DNA of 64,000 nt, taken from the NCBI GenBank assembly GCA_038143065.1, contig JAYQLI010000012.1:64001-128000 (forward strand), given 5' to 3'. The notes under the pieces were generated by a model, which had not been told where the DNA came from, searched no databases, and worked only from the letters and a program-made list of their open reading frames with translations. The stretch's first letter is position 1, and the number at the start of each line of letters is the position of its first letter. Of the stretch, positions 45,893 through 56,446 are shown piece by piece. The stretch is from Rhodospirillales bacterium. GTDB taxonomy: Bacteria > Pseudomonadota > Alphaproteobacteria > Bin95. A program made the translations under genes and the position numbers.

Positions 45893-46138
45893 TTAGCAGA
45901 TCCGCAGCAGCAGCTTTTGCGCCTAGTTTTCTTGTGCAGTATCTTGTTTAAGCAAAAACTCTTCTGCGTCGTCATATTTGATGATTTTGAGGCTTTTTAC
46001 CCTGATGAACTTTGGCACCTCGCGACGGGCAAATTTTGCCTTAGTCGTTTCTTTGTTCCAGTTGTTTAACTCGGCCCAATCTGTGTCTAACAGAATGCGC
46101 TTCTCCAGCAGAAAATTTTGTAGCCTTCGGTAGGGACA
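45893..46138 (-). CDS. Small excisionase/DNA-binding-like protein
   Basis: GGAG RBS; MSLPKATKFLLEKR...VPKFIRVKSLKIIKYDDAEEFL; position between integrase and primase. Confidence 0.45.
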
Positions 46139-46315
46139 TGATCAAACTCCTTTAGTGCAAAGCGTTTGATCAGACCCTACTTAAAACCGATTATTCTAAG
46201 CACTGGGGGTTATTTGTCGGACAATTTATTTTTTTGTACCAGATATCCCTGATATACGTTTCACCACGCCCAACTGCATCAGCAACAAAGATCATTGCCT
46301 CCTCAACGCCAAAAT

Positions 46316-46623
46316 CTAGCTCTCTTCGCTTAATATTTTAATGAAACGTCTTATTGTATGGTGCAAAGCGTAAGCCGGTTTGCGACCTGCTTTTTGTTGC
46401 AGCAATTTTGGATCTTTAACTCTTTCAGCGATCCACTTGACTACGTCAGCCGGTAATTCACCACCATCAGCCAAGTAATCGGCAATTGCGTTATGCATCA
46501 CTGCTGCTGGCAACAAATTGACTGCTTCACTCGGATCTTCCTTTAAAAAACCTTAAAGCCAATCCCCCAAGCGGTATATCTGGCAATTTAGTATCTGCTT
46601 TTTTATGTATTGCTTGAGTTCAT
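46316..46623 (-). CDS. Hypothetical protein downstream of integrase 4
   Basis: Coding-like fragments (IADYL...KAGRKP). Confidence 0.35.
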
Positions 46624-46704
46624 TTTCAGATAGGCCGCGCAAATAGTTAGCTTCCCGCTCTGAAGCATCAATTAATGCTTTAACCCCTTTTGATACCATT
46701 GACC

Positions 46705-47719
46705 CTACCCCAGCAATTCAACAACTGATTGCGGCTGTACTTGCGTATATCGCCTCAGTTGCGCCAAAGTTTTATGACCACTAATCAATGAAACTTGCTC
46801 AATGCTCAGACCTTCAGCGAACAAATCAGTAATCGCTCGGTGCCTTAAATCGTGAAATGTGGCATGTTCAATCTTTGCTATTTTGCGCGCGTAGATCCAA
46901 GCCACAGAAATACTTTCGGCTCTGTATGGAAAAATTCGACCTTCAGTAGTTTTTTGATCTGCAATTATTTTGCGAGCCACAGAAGACAAAGGTACGCGCA
47001 TGTGATTACCCAACTTGCGCTTAGGATCTTTCCGGTCTCGAATAATTATTGTGCCTTCATTATGCGAAAAGTCTTCGTGTGTAATTCTACAAATCTCACC
47101 TAATCGCATCGCTGTGGCCATTGCAAAATCCATTAAATCCGACATTGGCAGCTTTAGCTTGTCCTGATGATCAAACGTATGGCGCATCAATTCTATTTCC
47201 TGATCTGTCAGGTATCGATCACGCTCTTGACTGTGGGTATCTATTTTTGCGGCACTAAGAGAAGCGCGAGCGTTTTTGGTCAAGCTTAGATCAACGTCAA
47301 GGTGACGGTTATACCGGAGCCACTTTAGCAATCCAGAAATTAAACCAATATTGTGAGCAACAGTAGCGCCAGCCACGCCCTTTGTTTAAGACGATGATCA
47401 ATCCAGTGCTGCATCGTCGCTGCATTCAAGTCACGCAAACTAAGCGAAGATAAAACCTTCCCAAACGCCCTTAAAGAAGCTTGGTTAGCCGGTTTGAGCG
47501 ATACGCTTCTGAAGATATGCCCCAATCGCCTGAGCAAGCGTCATGGCCGCTGGCACATCGACTGCACCATTTACTGCTTTTTGCTTCAGGGCAACTTCAG
47601 TCGCTTGCGCCCAATCCTGAGCCTCAGCTTTTTTATCAAAACGTTCGGGAATAGCTAGATCCGTTGCGCCGTACTTGGCCGCGCCATCTACCTGATGGGA
47701 GTTGCTGAAAACTTGGCAT
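46705..47719 (-). CDS. Phage-type tyrosine integrase 4 (frameshifted)
   Basis: MPSFQQLPSGRWRGQVRRNG start; ATAMRLGEI, FHDLRH, SGHK...LRRY. Confidence 0.92.
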
Positions 47720-47821
47720 GTGCAATCTTGATGTGTGCAATATATGCAATCGAAATATCATCAAATAGGTGTGAATTTAAATATATGTAAATAAACAGTT
47801 TTTATATTATAAATAAAATCA

Positions 47822-48359
47822 TATAGATGATTTAGAAACATCTCTTTGGTCAATGTGGTTCCCTTTGCGCAGCGAAAGAAGTTCTAACATTTGATATTCT
47901 TTTCCAGTCAGATGTACGCTTTTTCCATCCACCTCTACAGTTTTTGCATCCAAATTAAGTGCTATTTTACCTGTTTCAATGATCGATTGAGAATGCCCTT
48001 CGACCGCCGGATAATCGCATGGATCCGCGCAACCAGCTCTTCACGGTGAAAGGGTTTGATCAAATAATCATCTGCACCAGAGCCCAAACCCCGAATTTTG
48101 CTATCTGTGTTATCATCGCCCGATAATATCAGTGTTGGCGTATCAATCCGCGCCAAGCGCAATTGTCGCAACACCTCATGCCCGCTCTGTTATCCGGCAA
48201 TTTCAAATCTAGAAGTATCAGGTCAAAATCATAAAGTTTGGCCAAGTCGATCGCTTCTTCGCCAAGATCTGTCGTATACACGTTCAAACTAGCATGAGAT
48301 AGCAACATCTCGATACTTTTCGATGTTGTCGCATCGTCTTCAACCAATAGAATACGCAT
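47822..48359 (-). pseudogene. ctrA: ctrA, 3'-truncated inside the DNA-binding domain
   Basis: MRILLVEDD...[66 protein letters not shown], then AT-rich non-CtrA DNA. Confidence 0.9.
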
Positions 48360-48406
48360 CAAAATCTCCAACACTTACGCGCGTCACCAAAGCTTCACCA
48401 TAAAGG

Positions 48407-48421
48407 TTAACCACTCGTTAC
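48407..48421. promoter_or_regulatory. CtrA-box-like site upstream of ctrA
   Basis: TTAA-CCACTCG-TTAC (consensus TTAA-N7-TTAA) with adjacent TTAAC half sites at 48432-48441. Confidence 0.6.
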
Positions 48422-48475
48422 CATAACGTAATTAACTTAACTCTAGCGTGAAATATTGCTGCGCGACGTTATTGT

Positions 48476-49050
48476 AAGACCTCTGCGTGACGACGGGATT
48501 CCCTGAACTGTCTGGAGCTTGTATGGTTTTCGCAGTTTTTCGAGGATGTTTTCATGGACCTATTTTTGCGTGAAGCGGTGGATCGGATTGGGGTCGATGA
48601 TGCCTTGGCCAAGATTGATGCGCTGATGGATTGGTCGTCGTTTTCGCCCATTCTCAAACGCGGTCTTGGACGTTCCGGTGTCGGCCCCCAAGGTTATGAT
48701 CCACTGGTCCTGTTCAAGTGCCTGCTGATTGGACAATGGCACGGTCTGAGCGACCCTGGGCTGGAGCGGGCGCTGAAGGTCTGGCTGGATTTCATGATCT
48801 TTTGCGGGCTCAATCTGCACGCTCCCGTACCGGATGAGACGACCCATTGTCGCTTTCGCAACGCCTTGGTGAAAGGTGGTGTTTACGACGATCTTCTGGC
48901 TGAGGTTTGCCGTCAGATCGAGGCGCATGGGCTGAAGCTCAGGAGGCCGAGGCCGCGATCATCGACGCGACTTTGGTGGAAAGCGCTGCCCCGCACCTGA
49001 TATCGACGCGCCTGAAGATCGGGCCGAAGGCGAAGCCCCGGATGATCCGC
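48476..49050 (+). mobile_element. IS5-family remnant (left end plus 5' half of transposase)
   Basis: YDPLVLFKCLLIGQWHGLSD..LE, VPDETTHCRFR, IIDATLV; GC-rich; truncated. Confidence 0.88.
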
Positions 49051-49067
49051 AGTTAAAGTTTTCAATT

Positions 49068-50137
49068 TCACTCTAATGCGCAATAGGGTTCTGACATTCC
49101 AAAGCTTCTGGGCCAAACTGCCTGAGAGCGGCTTCAGATCGCATAATGGGCGGAACCCGGACAGCCATCACTTTGACCCGTTGGCCATAGCGCAGAGTTT
49201 CATTGGTGATGGGCATTGCGGTCTCTGCGTCGAGAATTGAGATGATATCGGGCACAATTGCCAGCAGATCGCCGTCAGCGCGGGCGATGAGGTTTTCGTT
49301 TTGGAATTCGATGACGCAGCGACCGTTCGGGTTGTCGATCGAAACACTGCCTAAGGTAAAGCCTTCACTTGTGCGCCGGTCCACATCGGTTATTTTGCCA
49401 TCAAAGATAACGCGCGCAACTGCATAACTTGTCGTCGCCAGAAAACGGCACAATTCGTCAAAGGGATCCTGCTTGCGGGACCGGGAATTGCGGATAATCT
49501 CTCCAATATGCCGTGCAAGTGTCAAAGTGTGTTTGACAGCGCTGCGTTTCACATCGGCGCCACTCATGGGGTAGTTGGCGAAATATGCGGTACCGCCGAA
49601 GCGGATGGTGATGCCGCGGGCGATCCATTCCATGCGATGATTGTTATCCGTCATAACCAGTGACGTGTCACCCTTTTCGTCAGAAATCCCTAATGGGCAG
49701 CCTTTGACACCTTCGATGGCGAAGGTCTCCATCTGCAGTTCGGGAAAAGCCCGCCCTTGACCATCCGCATCGACCACGGGGATTCCCAGCCTTGCGCCCA
49801 CAAACAGCGGTATGGTCGAGTTAATGCCGCCAACTTCGGTCGGCATAGTCGCGTCAGCCTGTCGCCCAAGCTCGTTTTCAACAACCCGCAGAGCGCGAAT
49901 TGGCTCTTCGCCTGATGGTATCTTCTCAAGTAACACGGTGGGTGCACCCATCATTGCCGTTGGGATAATCAGCTTGGAGTCATCCAACCCGTCTGGGTCA
50001 ATAATCTCGATCCTCCGTCCAGCGGCCAGTTCCTGTTTGACCATTAGTCCACCGATATAGGGATCGCCGCCGCCACCGGCGCCCAAAAAAGCTGCGCCGA
50101 TACAGAGGTCGTCAACATCTTTGCATTTCAGTTCCAT
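49068..50137 (-). CDS. DUF917 family protein (thiohydantoin desulfhydrase-like)
   Basis: GAAFLGAGGGGDP, MGAP, EVGGINS, DADGQGRAFPELQM, FQNENL, VPDII, LRYGQRV. Confidence 0.9.
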
Positions 50138-50145
50138 TTGGCTTC

Positions 50146-51681
50146 CTATATTGGTAGATCGCCGACAGCTTTGACGCGCAATCGTGTGGGGTTTCCGGGC
50201 AAGTAGCTGATGGGCACCTGCTCCACTTCGATAATCTCAACACTCGCGGCAGTGGCGCCTGCGCTGATTGTCTTGTCTTTGGCCTCCTGGCGGGCGTCAT
50301 CCAGCACCGTCTTCCGATTAGTCTCGTTCAAGGTCACCACACGTTCAACTTCGCCTGACACTTGCGCAATGGCCGCGCCGACGGCATTGGCAACAGATGA
50401 GAACTCGGGGCGCAGCACATCCGAGACCGACTGTACCGGCCAATCCACGAGGATTGCGCCGCCGCCGACGACCAGCAAGGGCAGGTCCGCAGCTTCGGTT
50501 TTCATGCGCTCGACATTCCTATCCAGCAATAGGCGCATCGATGCGCGGGCGGCGTCAATGGTTACCTTGTCTGCGCGAACCAGCGATCGGTCTCCGACAT
50601 CGGCCCACCCTCCAGCGGCGGCAATATCAGTGGCCGTTAGCGTGTCGCCGCCAAAACATTGCGCGCGACTGGTCAACTCGTATCCAACTGAGTCCGGTCC
50701 AACCAGTCGCCCTTCATCGCGGACAAGACTGCCACCACCGAGACCAACTGCCAGGACGTCGGGCATGCGAAAGTTCGTTTTGACCCCACCCACATCAACA
50801 AAATTGGTCGATTGGCGCGGGAAACCGTTGCGCAGCATGCCGATGTCCGAGGTCGTGCCGCCAATATCCACCACCATCGCGTCCTGAATCCCGGCCAGAT
50901 AGACCGCGCCTCGCATAGAGTTGGTGGGCCCAGATGCAAATGTCAGCACCGGATACCGCTGCACATCATCCGCGCGCATCAGGGTGCCGTCATTCTGGCT
51001 GATGAACAGGGGCACATTGATGGCTAGTTCCTGCAGGGCGCGACGGAAGGCCTGCACCACATGGCTGGATAGTTCGGAAAGTGCGGCATTAATGATCGTG
51101 GAATTCTCTCGCGGTAACAGGCCAAACTGGCCCAATTCGCAAGACAGCGAAATCGCTATATCCGGCACCTCGTTTTGCACAATTTCAGCTGCGCGGCGCT
51201 CCATGTCACCGTTCATCGGCGAAAACACTGAGGTAATCGCTGCCGTTCGAATACCATCGCAGCGGAAAGACCGTGCAGCTTTGGCAACTGCTACTTCATC
51301 CAGTGGCGCGATCTCTCTACCGTCAAATTCGTAACCACCGCCAACAAGATGCGCGTTTCGGCCAATCTCGGTGATCAGGTCATTGGGCCAGTCCGTCAGC
51401 GGTGGGATGGCCGACGTCGCAGGCAGCGCGAGACGGATAATGCCAACCGGCAGTAAAGATCGGCGCTGGATAACGGCATTGGTGAACTGGGTGGTACCAA
51501 TCATCACACAATCCACATCGGCGCTATCGACCGAAGCGTCAGCTATGGCATGCGTAATGGCCGCGACAATGCCGCTATAAACATCTGCCGTGGTCGGCGT
51601 CTTGCGCCATCCAAGTACGCCATTTGGGCCCAGCACAACAGCATCCGTGTTTGTACCCCCGACATCCACACCAATTTTCAT
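50146..51681 (-). CDS. Short hydantoinase/oxoprolinase-family protein (DUF917 partner type)
   Basis: GVDVGGTNTDA, IGTTQFTNA, SGPTNSMRGA, DIGGTTSD, ANAVGAA. Confidence 0.92.
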   Translation of the reverse strand: MKIGVDVGGTNTDAVVLGPNGVLGWRKTPTTADVYSGIVAAITHAIADASVDSADVDCVMIGTTQFTNAVIQRRSLLPVGIIRLALPATSAIPPLTDWPNDLITEIGRNAHLVGGGYEFDGREIAPLDEVAVAKAARSFRCDGIRTAAITSVFSPMNGDMERRAAEIVQNEVPDIAISLSCELGQFGLLPRENSTIINAALSELSSHVVQAFRRALQELAINVPLFISQNDGTLMRADDVQRYPVLTFASGPTNSMRGAVYLAGIQDAMVVDIGGTTSDIGMLRNGFPRQSTNFVDVGGVKTNFRMPDVLAVGLGGGSLVRDEGRLVGPDSVGYELTSRAQCFGGDTLTATDIAAAGGWADVGDRSLVRADKVTIDAARASMRLLLDRNVERMKTEAADLPLLVVGGGAILVDWPVQSVSDVLRPEFSSVANAVGAAIAQVSGEVERVVTLNETNRKTVLDDARQEAKDKTISAGATAASVEIIEVEQVPISYLPGNPTRLRVKAVGDLPI

Positions 51682-52748
51682 GGCATCGCCACACCGCTAT
51701 CCGCGTTCCAGTAGACCTCAACGTCGTCATCCAGATCGAGCCGGGCCAGATCGGGACGGTTGGCGACCTCCACCATCACGTGCTGATGTCCAACTTGAAT
51801 GCGGTAGCGCATAACGGACCCCTGATAGATGATTTCGCGGACTGTCCCGTTCAGTTTGGGCTTTTCACTGGCATCCAGCGAATGCAGCCGGATCATTTCT
51901 GGGCGCACAAGCAATGTGACCGCCTGACCTTTTATGGCCGCATTGTTCTGGGTCAGCCGTCCGGTGACGGTGGTGCCGTCGATATCAATCGAACAAACCG
52001 CGCCGTGAACGTCTAAGGCGGTGCCGTCCAACAAATTGGATTCACCAATAAATTCTGCGATGAACCGTGAGGCGGGCTGTTCGTAAATCTCGACCGGGGT
52101 GCCAATTTGGAGCACGCGACCCTGATCCATGACGGCAATCCGATCTGACATCGTCAGCGCCTCGGACTGGTCATGGGTCACATAAATTGTCGTGATGCCA
52201 ACAGATTTTTGGATGTTTTTTATCCAGAACTTCATCTCTTCGCGCATCTTCTTGTCTAGCGCAGACAAAGGTTCATCCAGCAACAAAATCTCAGGCTCGA
52301 TCACAAGCACGCGGGCCAACGCCACTCGTTGTTTCTGGCCACCCGAAAGTTCTCGCTCGTACCTGTCTTCGAAGCCGGTCATACCGACTTCGGCCAACGC
52401 AGCATCAACTTTTTGCTTAATTTCGGCGCGTGGCAACTTGCGTTCAACAAGGCCGAAAGCAATGTTGTCAAAGACGGTCATATGCGGGAAAATTGCGTAA
52501 TTCTGGAAGACGATTCCGATGTCGCGGGCCTCTGGCGGCAAGGCCGTCACATTGCGTCCATTGACACGGATTTGGCCTGTGGTCGGCTTCACGAACCCAG
52601 CCAACATGCGTAGCGTAGTGGACTTACCGCAGCCAGAGGGCCCAAGCAGCGAAAAGAATTCACCTTGCTCGATTTGCAGATCCAAATCCGCGACGGCAAC
52701 CGAAGTGCCGAAGTGTTTCGAGATCGTGCTGAATTCTACATAAACCAT
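51678..52748 (-). CDS. ABC transporter ATPase (PotA-like)
   Basis: GPSGCGKS, LSGGQKQR, LLLDEPLSALD, TOBE tail. Confidence 0.95.
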   Translation of the reverse strand: MVYVEFSTISKHFGTSVAVADLDLQIEQGEFFSLLGPSGCGKSTTLRMLAGFVKPTTGQIRVNGRNVTALPPEARDIGIVFQNYAIFPHMTVFDNIAFGLVERKLPRAEIKQKVDAALAEVGMTGFEDRYERELSGGQKQRVALARVLVIEPEILLLDEPLSALDKKMREEMKFWIKNIQKSVGITTIYVTHDQSEALTMSDRIAVMDQGRVLQIGTPVEIYEQPASRFIAEFIGESNLLDGTALDVHGAVCSIDIDGTTVTGRLTQNNAAIKGQAVTLLVRPEMIRLHSLDASEKPKLNGTVREIIYQGSVMRYRIQVGHQHVMVEVANRPDLARLDLDDDVEVYWNADSGVAMP

Positions 52749-52798
52749 CAGATTTCCTTAGGGCGTGACCGGGAACCAATGCCCCCGGTCATGATTTT

Positions 52799-53905
52799 TT
52801 AAAGACCGAAGATCTGGTTCAACCTGTCGGTAATGTCGGCCTTGTTTTCCACGAAGAAATCCCAGTCTGGAACCCAATAGGCGGATACAGCATCAACCGT
52901 ATTAGTCGCCCCTTCGGCAGCAAGCGCGGAGGGCATGGCGGCTTTGCCATTGGTCGGACGCCACAAGAATTCCTCGCCAAATGGCTCAAGGAAATCTGGC
53001 GAAAGCGTGCGGTTCAACAGGGCAAGCGCAAGCTTTTTCTGCATCGGATCCGAATACCGGCTGATGGTTTTGGTCTGAGTCAGAATTGGCTTGCTATCCC
53101 ATTCCCAGACATCAACAGGCGCCCCTTGCTTTTTCAGCGTCAAAGCCTCGCCTTCGATATGTACCGCGATATCAACTTCGCCTCGTTCCAACAGCGACAG
53201 CATGTTGAATGTGAATTCGCTGATCTTCATCGGCATGGCGCCCTCAAGAGCTGTGAAAGCGGCTTCCATGTCATACTGATCTTTGCCGAACTCCTTTGCC
53301 GTCGCCATAAAAAATGCGTGCATTAACCCATTTTCGGTGGCGTAAGTGCCGCGTTTGTTGACGAAACGTTCCGCAAAGAAGTCGCGGAAATTACTGACTG
53401 GCGCACCACGATCTGTGCGGTAGGCATATACATAAGGTTGATATGCCCAAGTCACACCCGCCCCGCTGGCAAAGGCAAAGTCCCAGCAATCGGCTGCGTT
53501 AGGAACGTTGGCTTTGATTTCTTCTGTTGTTAAGAAAAAATCTCCCGCTGCATTGGTTTGCATCAAGTTTGGCAGGTTCCAGTTGGCCACGTCGTAAACC
53601 GGATCGTTGGCACCCTGGGTAACAAATTTTGGAAACCACGGGAACGAGCTGTCCCAGTTCAGTTTGCAATTGAAGTCTTTTTCAAACTGGTCGGTCAATC
53701 CCTTGCGTACAAACTCTTCCCATCCGCCGCCCCACTCCGCGACATTCAGGGTGGCACCGCCCGCATCAAACACTTCGCCGTCGTAAACGACGTCCTGTGC
53801 CCAAGCGTGGTTGATGTAGAACATGTTGGGGATGGTTGCCGCCGCTCCGAGAGCCGCACCACCTTTCAAAATGAATCGTCTGCTATGTTTCTTTTCAATG
53901 GTCAT
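52799..53905 (-). CDS. Tat-exported ABC substrate-binding protein
   Basis: SRRFILKGG twin-arginine signal, WGGGWE; operon position. Confidence 0.9.
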   Translation of the reverse strand: MTIEKKHSRRFILKGGAALGAAATIPNMFYINHAWAQDVVYDGEVFDAGGATLNVAEWGGGWEEFVRKGLTDQFEKDFNCKLNWDSSFPWFPKFVTQGANDPVYDVANWNLPNLMQTNAAGDFFLTTEEIKANVPNAADCWDFAFASGAGVTWAYQPYVYAYRTDRGAPVSNFRDFFAERFVNKRGTYATENGLMHAFFMATAKEFGKDQYDMEAAFTALEGAMPMKISEFTFNMLSLLERGEVDIAVHIEGEALTLKKQGAPVDVWEWDSKPILTQTKTISRYSDPMQKKLALALLNRTLSPDFLEPFGEEFLWRPTNGKAAMPSALAAEGATNTVDAVSAYWVPDWDFFVENKADITDRLNQIFGL

Positions 53906-53934
53906 CTGTCTTACTCCTTTGGTTGGTTTTGATA

Positions 53935-54742
53935 TTAGCCGTCCTGCCGTTCCAGCAATCGGCGGATGTTCACCAGCCGGTTCGTTAGAAGAACCGAGGC
54001 GATAACGAGGGTGATGGCAAAGATGCCGGCGGCGGCGGCATCAGGTTCAAATTTGTAGCGCAGTGAATTGTACATTGCGATGGGCAGCGGTTCGGAATTG
54101 GGCGCGGATAAGAACAGCGAGACCTCGAACTGACCAAAGCTGACGATGAAGGCGAAGATTGACCCTGCCTGAATGCCTTGGGCGATGTTGGGGAAAGTGA
54201 TCTTGCGAAAGGCGCGCATGGGCGATGCACCAAGGCTGCGCGCGGCCTCTTCTAGCGAGACATCGAATGTTGCCAACGATGCACCGACCGTGCCGATAAC
54301 GTAAGGTGTTGAGTACAGGATGTGCCCAATCCACAAGCCCCAGATCGTGCGCGATATGCCCAATCCGCTGGTGATAAAGAACGCGTAAAGGGCAAACCCG
54401 ACGACCACGCCCGGTAGGACCACCGGCGATAGGAATGAAGGCTCTAAGGGCGGTGCGACCGACGAAGCTAGATCGTGCAATGAACAAGGCCGCCGCCGTG
54501 CCCAAGATGGTCGAGACGATCATCGTCATCAGGGCCAGCTTGAACGAAAAGAAGAAGGCAGAGAGGTACTTTTCTGAGTTCAGGAAAGAGATCACCCAGC
54601 GTAGGGACAATCCTTTGGGGGGAAAGGTCAAGAACTCTCCGGTTGTTAGGCCCGCAAGCACCACAACAAGGATCGGAAACAGCAGATAGCAAAAGCCCAA
54701 GATTGCAAGGATTAACATTGGCAGCGGGATTTTGCGTTCCAT
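53935..54742 (-). CDS. ABC permease (PotC-like; frameshift near 54435)
   Basis: FPPKGLSLRW, LEEAARSLGAS, FIVSFGQF. Confidence 0.92.
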
Positions 54743-55632
54743 CAGGCAAGTCCACCAGAACTGCGGTTGCCCAGTTTCAGATAAACCGCGACGGCCGTGG
54801 CGCTGATCAAAAACAGGATCACGGCAATTGTGGCTCCAAACTGAAATCGCGCGCTTTCAGCGACCTGCTGATAGATGTGGATCGGCAAGACGCCGACGCG
54901 AAATCCGCCCATCAGCGCCGGCACGATATAAGACGAGATCGACAAGGCAAAGACCAGCAGGGAACCCGACAGAATACCAGGCATTGAGGCGGGTAAAGTC
55001 ACCCGCATGAACGCCCTTCGGCGTGAGGCCCCTAGAGAGCGCGCGGCCTCTTCAAGACTGGGCGGAATGCCCATAATCACGCCAACAAGGGTCAGGATCA
55101 TGAAAGGCAACGCGAACTGAACCAGTCCGAAGACCACGCCACGAAAGTTATACATCAGCGCGACCGGACCATCCGTCAGCGCCATGCTTCGAAGAATTTG
55201 GTTGATCAGCCCATTGTCGCCAAGAATCACCATCATCCCATACAGTCGGATCACCATGTCCAACTGCATCGACGCCAGCACGAGGATCAGCAGAAAAGTG
55301 TTTCGCGCCGGGTTTTCTGTTTTGGCAATCACAAAAGCCATCGGATAGGCGACGATTAAGGTGATCGCAGAAACGATGCTGGCCAGCAGGATCGATCGCC
55401 CCGCCGCTATTAGGTAATTCGAACGCGAGAAGAAGCGGATGTAATTGTCAAACGTCAGGTCGGAAACCAATGCAACCTGCCCAACCTTCGCCGGATTGAA
55501 AGACGTTGCGAACAGTAGTCCGACCGGAATCACAAAGAACAAAACGAAAAACGCGACCAGCGGGACGACCAAAAGCCATTTAAATTGATGTTGGGAAAGG
55601 CCGCTTGCCCTGACTGCCGTAGCTTTAGTCAT
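54742..55632 (-). CDS. ABC permease (PotB-like)
   Basis: AYPMA, LPFMIL, LEEAARSLGAS. Confidence 0.93.
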   Translation of the reverse strand: MTKATAVRASGLSQHQFKWLLVVPLVAFFVLFFVIPVGLLFATSFNPAKVGQVALVSDLTFDNYIRFFSRSNYLIAAGRSILLASIVSAITLIVAYPMAFVIAKTENPARNTFLLILVLASMQLDMVIRLYGMMVILGDNGLINQILRSMALTDGPVALMYNFRGVVFGLVQFALPFMILTLVGVIMGIPPSLEEAARSLGASRRRAFMRVTLPASMPGILSGSLLVFALSISSYIVPALMGGFRVGVLPIHIYQQVAESARFQFGATIAVILFLISATAVAVYLKLGNRSSGGLA

Positions 55633-56362
55633 CCGCTTGGCTCCGCATCAAGGCATCCAAAGCTGCCCATTCACGAAAACCGACGATGGGTTTTGCGTCC
55701 GGGTAAGGGTAGACTGCTTTGTCAGTGGTTTGACTGTTTTGGATCGCGTCATGGGCGGCTGTTATAGCATTTGGTAAAGGGTCGATGACTTTGAGCCCGT
55801 GGAGGGCACTACTGACTTCATCAGCAAACCCAAGCATTCCGGTACAGCCAAAGACAACGGATTTTGCCCCGCGTTCCATGGCCCGACTTGAGCCCTCAAT
55901 AGTCGCCGCGAGCGCTGTCTTTCGGTCCGATTTCAAGGCAAGAACAGGGACACCGATACCGATGATTTCAGTCATCCGGTCAGCCATCCCATATCTCCGC
56001 GCCAGATCGGCAAAGGCGCGTTCTTGACGCTGCAATACTGTCACGATGGCGAAATTTGTACCTGCTGCACGCATCGCAGCCTCACCACAGCCAATAACAG
56101 GGATCGAGACCGCCTCGCGTGCCGCGTCAAGGCCGGGATCAAGCATGCAATCAATTACGACGGCCTGCACGCCGTCTTCGTCGGCCTTGATCGCGGAATT
56201 GACCACTCCGGGTGCCGCCAGAACTTCATCAACCGCAGATTCTATCGAGGTCGGGCCCTGTTTGATCTGAAAATTCGTCACTCTGCGTCCGTTTGGTGCG
56301 GGCAAGGCAGCGACGCGAAAGCCTGTCGTGACGATTGGCGTGATGACGTGGACCCAGCTCAA
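55625..56362 (-). CDS. Asp/Glu/hydantoin racemase family protein
   Basis: GPTSIES, IDCMLDPGLDAARE, GCTGM (two catalytic Cys). Confidence 0.9.
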   Translation of the reverse strand: MSWVHVITPIVTTGFRVAALPAPNGRRVTNFQIKQGPTSIESAVDEVLAAPGVVNSAIKADEDGVQAVVIDCMLDPGLDAAREAVSIPVIGCGEAAMRAAGTNFAIVTVLQRQERAFADLARRYGMADRMTEIIGIGVPVLALKSDRKTALAATIEGSSRAMERGAKSVVFGCTGMLGFADEVSSALHGLKVIDPLPNAITAAHDAIQNSQTTDKAVYPYPDAKPIVGFREWAALDALMRSQADD

Positions 56363-56428
56363 AACGAATCCCCCTGATCCAACTGTTTCTCTTGCGGATC
56401 ATCCTGCTTAAGAAGTGATGTGGAGACG

Positions 56429-56446
56429 ACTACCCAATCGGGTAGT
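56429..56446. promoter_or_regulatory. Palindromic operator, probably for the adjacent LuxR-type activator
   Basis: ACTACCC-AATC-GGGTAGT about 70 bp upstream of the racemase start. Confidence 0.6.

Larger units (their letters stand above)
41600..47820 (-). mobile_element. Degraded or frameshifted phage-satellite-like integrative element
   Basis: Co-oriented integrase, small regulator/excisionase-like gene, primase and further unknown ORFs; boundaries approximate. Confidence 0.65.
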
